A DNA stretch of 34,014 bases from Actinomycetota bacterium (GTDB taxonomy: Bacteria; Actinomycetota; Humimicrobiia; Humimicrobiales; Humimicrobiaceae), in the NCBI GenBank assembly GCA_028696435.1, contig JAQVHC010000002.1:1-34014 (forward strand). Reading direction: 5' to 3'. Shown one piece after another: positions 26,333-34,014 of this stretch. The translations under genes and the position numbers were made by a program. Below the pieces are notes generated by a model. It saw only the letters and a program-made list of their open reading frames with translations. It was not told where the DNA came from and did not search any database. The first letter of the stretch is position 1, and each line of letters opens with the position of its first letter.

Positions 26333-27757
26333 ATGGTTATTAAAAGGTTAAAAATTACATGCATCACAGTTTTTACAGTTATTATATTTTTAATTTTACT
26401 GGCTTCTGTCTCCTGTACGAAGACCGGACCTTTTTCAAGAGTTTCAAATGAAATAGCTGAACAGGCAATTGAAACTTTTGAAGTAAAAAGAGGTGATATT
26501 TACCAGACTGTTTCTACAACAGGCTCGGTTGAATCAGAATTTTTAAATACTCTCAAAATGCAGGTATCGGGTAAAATAATCAGTGCCCTGGAAAAAGGAG
26601 ATTATTTTAAAGAAGGAGATGTACTTGTTGAAATTGATAATTCAGATGGTTTATCACAACTCGAGCAAATTGAAAAAAATCTAAAACTCTCAGAGATTTC
26701 CTTAAAAACAGCAAAACTGAATTATCAGGCAGCCCTTGATTCGAATCATATAGCTATTCAGATGGCTGAGCTTAATACCGAAAAAGCTGAAGAGTCAACT
26801 GAAAGTGCACTTAAATCTGTAGAAATTGCCAGCGAAAACGCAAGTCTTTCGTTAAAGAGTGCGGAAAGAGCGTTAAAAGAAGCAGAAGAAATGCTGGAGC
26901 TTGCAGAGGACAACCCTGATACTACGGATATACAGATAGAACAGTATGAATCAAATATAAAATCGGCAGAGGAAAAACTTAAATCTGCAGAGATATCAAC
27001 TAACTCATCAAAATCCCAGTCAGAATCTTCTTATAACCAGTCACTAATAAACCAGTCCACTACTTACTGGAGTAATCTATCAAGTTTGCAATCTGCAGCA
27101 AGGCAGATTGAATCAGCAAAGAGTAATATAGAGCAGGCAGAAATCCAGCTGGGGCTTGCTAACATGGAATATGAGTCAGCAAAAGAGAACCTGGAAGACT
27201 ACATATTGTACGCACCCTACGATGGTATGGTTTTTTCGACAGATTTTAAAGATAACGATCAGAATTCTGAAGGCGGTACTATCTCAATAATAAATAATAT
27301 TTTTCTAATCAGAACTACTATAAGTGAATCTGAAGTATCAAAGATATCTGAAGACAGTGAAGTATATATTACAATGGATGCTTATCCGGACTACGAGTTT
27401 TCAGGTAAAGTTCAAAAAGTAATTCCCATAGCAGTCGAAGATGGAAATATAGTCTCCTTTGAAATAATTATAAATTTAACTGATACAGGAGATAACAAAA
27501 TATATTATGGTCTTTCAGCTGATATTGATATTGTAACTGCAAAGGCAGAGAATGCGCTCTACGTTCCTATAAAGGCTGTGTATATAGAAAATGGGAAGAA
27601 ATATGTGGATGTTATGACTTCCGGTCAGAGGAATGCTGACGATATTAATAAATCTATAAGGAAGACAGAAATTACGACTGGTATAAATGACTATCAGTAC
27701 ATAGAAGTAGTTTCTGGCCTTAAAGAAGGAGATATAGTGATAACTTCAAGAATATAG
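26333..27757 (+). CDS. Periplasmic adaptor / membrane-fusion protein (HlyD/MacA family)
   Basis: N-terminal TM anchor, a long Ala/Glu/Lys/Ser-rich coiled-coil hairpin, lipoyl-like and beta-barrel segments (YILYAPYDGMVF ... ALYVPIKAV ... GLKEGDIVITS). Confidence 0.8.
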   Translation: MVIKRLKITCITVFTVIIFLILLASVSCTKTGPFSRVSNEIAEQAIETFEVKRGDIYQTVSTTGSVESEFLNTLKMQVSGKIISALEKGDYFKEGDVLVEIDNSDGLSQLEQIEKNLKLSEISLKTAKLNYQAALDSNHIAIQMAELNTEKAEESTESALKSVEIASENASLSLKSAERALKEAEEMLELAEDNPDTTDIQIEQYESNIKSAEEKLKSAEISTNSSKSQSESSYNQSLINQSTTYWSNLSSLQSAARQIESAKSNIEQAEIQLGLANMEYESAKENLEDYILYAPYDGMVFSTDFKDNDQNSEGGTISIINNIFLIRTTISESEVSKISEDSEVYITMDAYPDYEFSGKVQKVIPIAVEDGNIVSFEIIINLTDTGDNKIYYGLSADIDIVTAKAENALYVPIKAVYIENGKKYVDVMTSGQRNADDINKSIRKTEITTGINDYQYIEVVSGLKEGDIVITSRI

Positions 27758-27860
27758 CACTGGATTATAATAATAAAATAAGCCGGATAATTATATATAG
27801 CTTGTATTAATTAAATACAGGCTCATCAATTTAAAATTTTAAATATTTTAATGAGAGATT

Positions 27861-28643
27861 ATGAAAAAAGAAATTATATTAACAAAAGAAATTACAAAAA
27901 TATATAAAGTCGGAGATATAAAGGTAAATGCCTTGAGAGGTATAAATCTTGAAATAAATGAGGGTGAATTTGTATCTATAATGGGCCCTTCGGGCTCGGG
28001 GAAATCCACACTCATGAATATACTTGGTTGTCTTGATAAACCGACTTCGGGTTTTTATTACCTTGATGGTATAAATGTCATGGACTTAAATGACAACCAG
28101 CTTGCAGAAATAAGGAATAAAAAAGTTGGTTTTGTATTCCAGACATTTAATTTGCTTCCCAGGTTAAACATTATCGGAAATGTTGAACTACCTCTGATTT
28201 ATTCCAGGAGGGAACAATCCAGAGCCAGAAAGGATTTAATAAATGAGGTGATAAATTCTGTAGGTCTTGCAGAATGGATCAAACATAAACCAGGTGAATT
28301 ATCAGGTGGCCAGAGGCAGAGAGTTGCTATTGCAAGAGCACTTATTAATAATCCAGCAATAATAATGGCAGATGAACCTACGGGAAATCTTGACTCAAGA
28401 ACAGGGGAAGAAATAATGGCTATTTTCCAGGAACTTAACCGCAGTGGCAAAACCATTATTTTTGTTACTCACGAAATTGAAATTGCAAGGCATTCAGGCA
28501 GAATAATTTATTTAAGAGATGGTATTTTATGTGGTGAAGAGCTGGTAAAAGAACCTGTCGACGCATGCAAAATGCTGGAAAATATGCCTAAATTAGAAGA
28601 TAAAATTAATAATTTTTCAAATAATAATTCAAATGTTATATGA
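27861..28643 (+). CDS. ABC transporter ATP-binding protein (MacB/LolD/FtsE-like)
   Basis: Walker A GPSGSGKST, Q-loop FVFQTFNLLP, signature LSGGQRQR, Walker B IIMADEPTGNLD. Confidence 0.9.
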   Translation: MKKEIILTKEITKIYKVGDIKVNALRGINLEINEGEFVSIMGPSGSGKSTLMNILGCLDKPTSGFYYLDGINVMDLNDNQLAEIRNKKVGFVFQTFNLLPRLNIIGNVELPLIYSRREQSRARKDLINEVINSVGLAEWIKHKPGELSGGQRQRVAIARALINNPAIIMADEPTGNLDSRTGEEIMAIFQELNRSGKTIIFVTHEIEIARHSGRIIYLRDGILCGEELVKEPVDACKMLENMPKLEDKINNFSNNNSNVI

Positions 28644-28656
28644 AAATTAATAAAAG

Positions 28657-30024
28657 ATGAAAAGAATACTTGAAAATATAAAAATTGCTTTTAATTCAAT
28701 TGCTTTAAATAAGCTGAGATCATTTCTGACAATGCTTGGAATTATAATAGGCGTGGGGTCAGTAATAGCTGTTACATCAATAGGATCAGCAGCAGAAGCT
28801 TCTATAACAGAAAATATTCAAAGTGTTGGCAGCAATGTTATTACTATTACTCCTGGAAGGGAACGGCCTTTTTCAGGTGGTAGTGAAAGAGAAAGTTTTA
28901 GAGAAGTTCAGAGAGAATCTGATGAGAGCCGGACCGGTAATTCCAGGCCAGCAGAGGAACCGGGACAGGGACCGGGTACAGGTGGAGGTGGATTTATAGG
29001 TGGTGTACCGATGATAGAAGAAGAGGAGGAAGAGGAAATAGTAGCAGGTGAACTTTACCTTGAAGATGTAAGTGCTCTTAAAGAGAAGTCAGGTTTACTT
29101 GAGAATATAGCTCCTGTTCTAACACTGGGAAATTTAAACTTCTCTTATGGAAGCAGCAGCGGGAATGTTAGTGTAACTGCTACATCGGAAGAATATCCTT
29201 CACTATCAGGTTATGAAATAGATATGGGGAGTTTTTTTACAGAATTAGATGTTTTAAACGCAACCAGTGTAGTTGTTCTTGGATATGATGTAGTGACAGA
29301 TTATTTTGGGAAAATTAACCCGATAGGTGAAGAAGTAAAAATAAATGGTGAAAAATTTATTGTAATGGGAACATTGAAATCAGCAGGCTACACTTTTGGA
29401 ATGAGTGCTGATAATTCTATATTTATTCCCGTAACTACAGCACAGAATAAGCTATATGGCGCTGATACAATCAGCCAGATAACTGCAAAGGTTAAAAGTG
29501 AAGACTTTATGGATGCAGCAATAATCGAAGCAAAATCTATTTTAAGAGAACAGCATTCTATTTTGCCGGGGGAACCAAATGATTTTGAAATAAGTAGCTC
29601 TGAACAGCTTCTGGAAATGGCAACATCAGTTACTGATACTCTGGTGATTACCCTTGCAAGCATAGCAGCTATATCACTTTTGGTTGGCGGCATCGGAATT
29701 ATGAATATTATGTTTGTATCTGTTACAGAAAGAACCAGGGAAATTGGAATAAGAAAGGCAATAGGCGCAAAAAACAGAGATATTTTAATCCAATTCCTGA
29801 CAGAGAGCACAGTATTGAGCCTTTCCGGTGGAACTGCAGGGATAGGCCTTGCCTGTCTTATAACATGGATAATCAATACGTTTACAACCCTGAGCTCACT
29901 TATTACCATTTCTCCGGTGATTATAGCCCTGGCTTTCTCTACAATCATAGGTCTTTTGTTTGGTATTTTCCCGGCAATGAGAGCGGCAAGACTGAGCCCT
30001 ATTGAATCTTTGAGGTATGAATAA
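28657..30024 (+). CDS. ABC transporter permease, MacB/FtsX family, with low-complexity insertion in the extracytoplasmic domain
   Basis: N-terminal MacB_PCD-type start (AFNSIALNKLRSFLTMLGIIIGVGSVIA). C-terminal FtsX domain (ERTREIGIRKAIGAKNRDIL ... PAMRAARLSPIESLRYE). Confidence 0.85.
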   Translation: MKRILENIKIAFNSIALNKLRSFLTMLGIIIGVGSVIAVTSIGSAAEASITENIQSVGSNVITITPGRERPFSGGSERESFREVQRESDESRTGNSRPAEEPGQGPGTGGGGFIGGVPMIEEEEEEEIVAGELYLEDVSALKEKSGLLENIAPVLTLGNLNFSYGSSSGNVSVTATSEEYPSLSGYEIDMGSFFTELDVLNATSVVVLGYDVVTDYFGKINPIGEEVKINGEKFIVMGTLKSAGYTFGMSADNSIFIPVTTAQNKLYGADTISQITAKVKSEDFMDAAIIEAKSILREQHSILPGEPNDFEISSSEQLLEMATSVTDTLVITLASIAAISLLVGGIGIMNIMFVSVTERTREIGIRKAIGAKNRDILIQFLTESTVLSLSGGTAGIGLACLITWIINTFTTLSSLITISPVIIALAFSTIIGLLFGIFPAMRAARLSPIESLRYE

Positions 30025-30111
30025 CTTCCCTGTATAGCCTGTATAGCTATTGGGATTAAATTGTTTTATACTCAATCTGATCGAGTTCTATAAAAGTTAG
30101 ATAAGTAGAAA

Positions 30112-30801
30112 ATGAAGATACTTATAATTGAAGATGAAAAATTAGTTGCAGATAATATTAAAACCGGTCTGGAACAACATAAATTTACTGTTGATGTAGC
30201 TTATAATGGTCAGGAAGGGCTGGATCTTGCCCGGGATTATGATTACGATATTATAATTCTGGATTTAATGTTGCCTGATATTCCGGGCGAAGAGTTATGT
30301 GTAAGGATAAGAAAAGAAAAAATAGATAGTTTTATACTAATGCTCACTGCTAAGAAACAGATAGAAAATATTGTAGAAGGTCTGAACTGCGGCGCTGATG
30401 ATTATCTTACCAAACCTTTTGAATTTACAGAACTTCTTGCCAGATTGAGAGCTCTTTTAAGAAGAACATCAAAAGATAAAGAAAACATACTCACAGCTTT
30501 TGAGATAAAAATAGACATGGATAGCGAACAGGTTTTTGCAGGGGAAAAAGAAGTAAAACTTACAAAGAAAGAATTTATGGTTTTAGAATATTTACTGAGA
30601 CATAAAGGGCAGGTTGTAAGCAGAAATCAGATTCTTGAACATGCATGGGACAGGAATGTTGATATTTTTACTAATATAGTAGATACGCATATAAAAAATA
30701 TAAGAAAAAAGCTGGGAAGCCCTGGAAAACATATAGAAACAATATATGGCTCTGGCTACAGAGTGCAGAATGAAGATATGCAGGACACAGGTAAAAAATA
30801 G
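30112..30801 (+). CDS. OmpR/PhoB-family response regulator
   Basis: Receiver domain (MKILIIEDE ... IIILDLMLPD ... LTAK) and a winged-helix output domain (LTKKEFMVLEYLLRH ... GSGYRV). Confidence 0.9.
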   Translation: MKILIIEDEKLVADNIKTGLEQHKFTVDVAYNGQEGLDLARDYDYDIIILDLMLPDIPGEELCVRIRKEKIDSFILMLTAKKQIENIVEGLNCGADDYLTKPFEFTELLARLRALLRRTSKDKENILTAFEIKIDMDSEQVFAGEKEVKLTKKEFMVLEYLLRHKGQVVSRNQILEHAWDRNVDIFTNIVDTHIKNIRKKLGSPGKHIETIYGSGYRVQNEDMQDTGKK

Positions 30802-30816
30802 GATGGATTTAAAATT

Positions 30817-31998
30817 ATGAAATTTACACTTCAAAAGAAAATATTAATGTGGTTTATAGTAATAATAGTCATTTCATTTGCGCTGTATGGATTTCTTACT
30901 TACTATGTCTATAATTTTAACCTGAGAGGAGAGAGGTATAATGCTACCGTAAGAGAACATTTTAAAAATATGGATCCTGCAGAAATTGAGAGATTAAGGG
31001 AAATGACCCAGCCTGAATCTTTTGGTCCTCCTCCCGGTGTAACAGTGCTTCCACCGGCGCTTTTTTTAAGAATATTCTATACAATAACGGGTGGCGTACT
31101 GATAATAATCATTATTGCAGCATCGGGTGGATTTCTTGTCTTACGGAGCATGTTTAAAAGAATTGATTTTATAACCGAAAATGTGAAGGAAATAGACGAG
31201 AAAAGATTGAATCTAAGATTAAATCTTAAAGGGAATGATGCCATATCAAAGATGGCAAAAGAGTTTGATGATATGCTGGATAAAATAGAAACTTCATTCA
31301 ACAAACAAAAGCAATTTATCCAGAACGTTTCACATGAGTTGAACACACCGCTTACAATAATAAAAACAAAAATTGATGCACTCAGGCAAAAAAGAAATGT
31401 CACCAAAAAGGAATACATAGAAACCATAGATTTAATTGACAGTGAAATTATGAGGCTTTCCAGGATAACTGAAGAATTACTTACCCTATCAGATCTTGAA
31501 GAAAATAGAGGCAGGGATAATTTTAGAGAAGTAAATATAAAAGTAATTCTGGAAAAAATGATTAAGCTTTTTAAAAACCGCATTGACTCTAAAAATCTCA
31601 AATTAAAAACGAGTTTTGAAGGTTGCTTTATCACTAAAGGTATTGAGACGCAACTTGAACAGCTCTTTTTTAACCTTATAGATAACGCTATAAAATACAG
31701 TGTTCCGGGTAAAGAACTGGGTATCAGCCTGAAAAATAGCAAAGATAAGAAATTAATAATTTGCAAAATTACTAATATAAGTGAAGCGATAGGGGAAGAA
31801 GATTTAAATTATGTATTTGATAGATTTTACAGGAATTCTACTCCGGATAATAAGAAGAGTTTTGGCCTCGGGCTTTCTATAAGCAAAAAGATAATTGAAA
31901 ACCACGATGGAACTATAGAAGTTAGTTATGATAAAGACAGAAAAAAAGTAACTTTTAAAGTATGTCTCCCTCTCCTATTACAGAATAAGAGCAATTAA
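30817..31998 (+). CDS. Sensor histidine kinase (two TM, HAMP, HisKA, HATPase_c)
   Basis: H-box VSHELNTPLT, N-box NLIDNAIKYS, G-boxes DRFYR and GLGLSI, and two hydrophobic segments flanking an ~60-aa extracytoplasmic loop. Confidence 0.85.
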   Translation: MKFTLQKKILMWFIVIIVISFALYGFLTYYVYNFNLRGERYNATVREHFKNMDPAEIERLREMTQPESFGPPPGVTVLPPALFLRIFYTITGGVLIIIIIAASGGFLVLRSMFKRIDFITENVKEIDEKRLNLRLNLKGNDAISKMAKEFDDMLDKIETSFNKQKQFIQNVSHELNTPLTIIKTKIDALRQKRNVTKKEYIETIDLIDSEIMRLSRITEELLTLSDLEENRGRDNFREVNIKVILEKMIKLFKNRIDSKNLKLKTSFEGCFITKGIETQLEQLFFNLIDNAIKYSVPGKELGISLKNSKDKKLIICKITNISEAIGEEDLNYVFDRFYRNSTPDNKKSFGLGLSISKKIIENHDGTIEVSYDKDRKKVTFKVCLPLLLQNKSN

Positions 31999-32104
31999 AA
32001 TACCGCAAAATAAGGGAAACTAAAATAAGGAAAACTAAAATCTATTTAAACCTCCACTTTCCCCTGGTTTAAGTAGGATTTTAATAACCAGATAATTATT
32101 TAAT

Positions 32105-32138
32105 AAGATAGGCCTCAATTTAGATTGAGGCCTATCTT
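32105..32138. terminator. Bidirectional intrinsic terminator between convergent genes
   Basis: Perfect 15-bp inverted repeat aagataggcctcaat / attgaggcctatctt with loop ttag, and A/T runs on both sides. Confidence 0.8.
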
Positions 32139-32191
32139 TCTATGAAAGGTAAATAAAACATTTTGCACCAATTCTTTTTCCAGTTACCAGA

Positions 32192-33745
32192 CTATCCTTC
32201 TGGACTGACATAACCTTTATAGGGGATAAAGCCAAAAGTATTGCATATGTTTACAAATTCTTCTGAATGAGTAAAACCATTTACTACTTCTTCTCTGGTC
32301 ATACCGGCATTCATTAGAGTCATCCAGGTATTAAATCCATATTCTTCAGGTGCTCTGTTAAAAAGTGCTTTATAAAGGAATGTTATAAACTGCTCATTAG
32401 TGTAGCCCGAAATTCTTGACTGGCATTCCTCACTGAATATAAACTGATTTACTAGATCACCAGCAGTTAATTCTCCGCTTTTAAGTCTGGCCATCCATGC
32501 ATCTAACCCTTCTTTTTCTGGATTCCTCAGTAAAATCCTATTGTAAAATAGAGCTGTAAATCCAGATTCTGATTTTTCATAACTTGTTACAGGTAGTTCG
32601 TTAATGGGTGTGGGTTTTGGTTTAGGCTTTTCTTCCTCTTTTTCTTTTGCTTTTGTTTTTGCAACGTAGCCTACAGGTTTTTTTAACCAGGGGTCAAATT
32701 TAACGTTATTAGTACTCGATATAATAGTGCTTCCAGTTCCTTTTGCAGTCACGCCAGTTTCAGGATCAGTAACTCCACCACTTGGACCAGATGCATGTCC
32801 CCACCAGTTATTGGTGGCATCAAGCCGGGTTGGGGAGAGGTTTACAACTTCGCCATCAATATTTATATTGTTTGCTTTTAGGTTTCCAGCTGCTTTTGAA
32901 CGAATAATAATAGCGCTATGGTAAGTGCCTGATTCTGTAGTAAAACCACTCTTATCTACTTTAAAAGTACCACCGTTAATAGTCATATTGGAACTGGGTT
33001 GACTATCATCAGCAAATCGTACACAGTAGGTATCATTCCCTGCTCCCTGAGCTATCACACTTATATCAGTATTTTTCACAACTAGATTGTTGCCCTGCTG
33101 GACATTAATGCCACTCTTGACATTCTTAATTTTTGAGTCTTTAACAGTCAGATCGGCAGCATAACCATCTATAGTCACATAGTAGCCATTTTTAAAGGTG
33201 CATTTCTCTATAGTGACTCCGGAGGTATAAGAACTACCTGTTGGCATCTCAATAGCATTAATTCTTGGTGTATCCATAAACCTGTTATCGCCATCGAAAT
33301 GACAGTTAACTATGCTGGTATTTTTTGCTTTATTAAGTATAATACTATGCCCATTAGTAGCTAGAAATTTCATATCTTCAATTCTGGCAGCCAGAGTCTC
33401 ATGTACATAATTTACTGTAATAGTCCCCTTTATAAGTGTCTTACCCGCAGTTCCAATAAGTTTAACCGGCTTGCTCATAGTAATATCTTCTTCATACGTT
33501 CCTGGCCCCACAACGATGGTATCTCCTGCCAAAGCATTATCAATGCCTTTTTGAATAGTCCTATAAGGGTTATCCTCTGTACCATCACCAGTAGTATCAT
33601 TACCACTTGTAGCGTTAACATATATTGTTTTTATATCACCATAAACTTTCCCCGGAAAAGCGAAAAATATCATGGAGACTAGAAAAAGTGCAACAATAAA
33701 AGCTATCAATATCTTTTTTGAAATACCTGAAATTGCTTTTGACAT
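32192..33745 (-). CDS. Secreted/anchored right-handed beta-helix protein with two C-terminal DUF4214 repeats
   Basis: N-terminal signal/anchor and AAAGGAGGA SD. DGTEDNPYRTIQKGIDNALAGDTIVVGPGTY is a pectate-lyase-like beta-helix cap, followed by repeated N/G-rich coils. A KEKEEEKPKPKPTP linker precedes two copies of the DUF4214 pattern (ALFYNRILLRNPEKEGLDAWMARL...SEE and FLYKALFNRAPEEYGFNTWMTLM...SEEF). Confidence 0.7.
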   Translation of the reverse strand: MSKAISGISKKILIAFIVALFLVSMIFFAFPGKVYGDIKTIYVNATSGNDTTGDGTEDNPYRTIQKGIDNALAGDTIVVGPGTYEEDITMSKPVKLIGTAGKTLIKGTITVNYVHETLAARIEDMKFLATNGHSIILNKAKNTSIVNCHFDGDNRFMDTPRINAIEMPTGSSYTSGVTIEKCTFKNGYYVTIDGYAADLTVKDSKIKNVKSGINVQQGNNLVVKNTDISVIAQGAGNDTYCVRFADDSQPSSNMTINGGTFKVDKSGFTTESGTYHSAIIIRSKAAGNLKANNINIDGEVVNLSPTRLDATNNWWGHASGPSGGVTDPETGVTAKGTGSTIISSTNNVKFDPWLKKPVGYVAKTKAKEKEEEKPKPKPTPINELPVTSYEKSESGFTALFYNRILLRNPEKEGLDAWMARLKSGELTAGDLVNQFIFSEECQSRISGYTNEQFITFLYKALFNRAPEEYGFNTWMTLMNAGMTREEVVNGFTHSEEFVNICNTFGFIPYKGYVSPEG

Positions 33746-33923
33746 TTTTCCTCCTTTATGATCATTTTTTACAGTTTTTTATTTTTTTCTAATTCAAGCA
33801 AAGCCCCATATTTAGATAGATTATTAGGACAGATAAGTAAGTGTTTGGGCTTATATCAATTTTTTGCTATCAGCCTCCTTTCTCTTTTAATAATCTTGGA
33901 TTAAGATTTAAATTTATAATTAA

Positions 33924-33961
33924 AAAAGCCCTTATTGTGACTAAGGGCTTTGGGTTTTTTT
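33924..33961. terminator. Intrinsic terminator-like hairpin (usable on either strand)
   Basis: aaagccctta / taagggcttt 10-bp stem with a 7-nt loop. A6 lies upstream and gggT8 downstream. It probably ends a gene beyond the window edge. Confidence 0.55.
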
Positions 33962-34014
33962 AATATAGTAAAACATGGTCTTTTAATACCTTTATAGCAT
34001 TTTTTATTTTTACA

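Noticed and set aside
29388-29948. A 186-aa minus-strand ORF.
   Set aside because: It lies entirely antisense to the well-supported FtsX-family permease gene and has no recognisable motifs.
31077-31766. A 229-aa minus-strand ORF.
   Set aside because: It is antisense to the histidine kinase gene. Its Ser/Leu/Phe-rich composition is typical of a shadow ORF.

Overview
This is a chromosomal segment from a low-GC bacterium, AT-rich by eye, with Gram-positive-style signals: a GAAC-N4-GTTC LexA box, strong GGAGG ribosome-binding sites (SDs) and intrinsic terminators. It is mostly housekeeping and transport.

Gene order, left to right:
- secG.
- A six-gene Opp/Dpp-type peptide ABC operon: canonical binding protein, two permeases, two ATPases and a second, rearranged binding protein.
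- tRNA-Leu(GAG).
- A TPR protein on the minus strand.
- A 526-bp very AT-rich spacer.
- A lone AmmeMemoRadiSam-type radical SAM enzyme.
- tRNA-Cys(GCA).
- An ABC-2 ATPase with a fused double ABC-2 permease.
- A PAS/GGDEF/HD-GYP c-di-GMP protein.
- An SOS-controlled unit on the minus strand: promoter with LexA box, a 63-codon dnaE 5' remnant, then dinB.
- A 3D-domain cell-wall protein.
- tRNA-Gly(GCC).
- The conserved thrS-infC-rpmI-rplT-pheS-pheT cluster. infC starts at ATT, so the ORF track truncates it.
- An MBL-fold hydrolase.
- A five-gene adaptor (membrane-fusion protein, MFP) / MacB-type ABC / OmpR-type two-component module.
- A convergent secreted beta-helix/DUF4214 protein.

I saw no CRISPR array, transposase, integrase, phage gene or recognisable defence gene, and I cannot support a claim of a new multi-gene system.

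The most unusual items:
1. A family-5 substrate-binding lipoprotein whose two halves are in swapped order, an apparent natural circular permutation.
2. The dnaE-remnant/dinB SOS cassette.
3. An infC leader with mutually exclusive antiterminator and terminator pairings.
4. Phased TTCTCCA direct repeats placed like a pho-box in front of the MFP-ABC-TCS operon.

All calls come from reading the sequence and the supplied translations. No database search was run.
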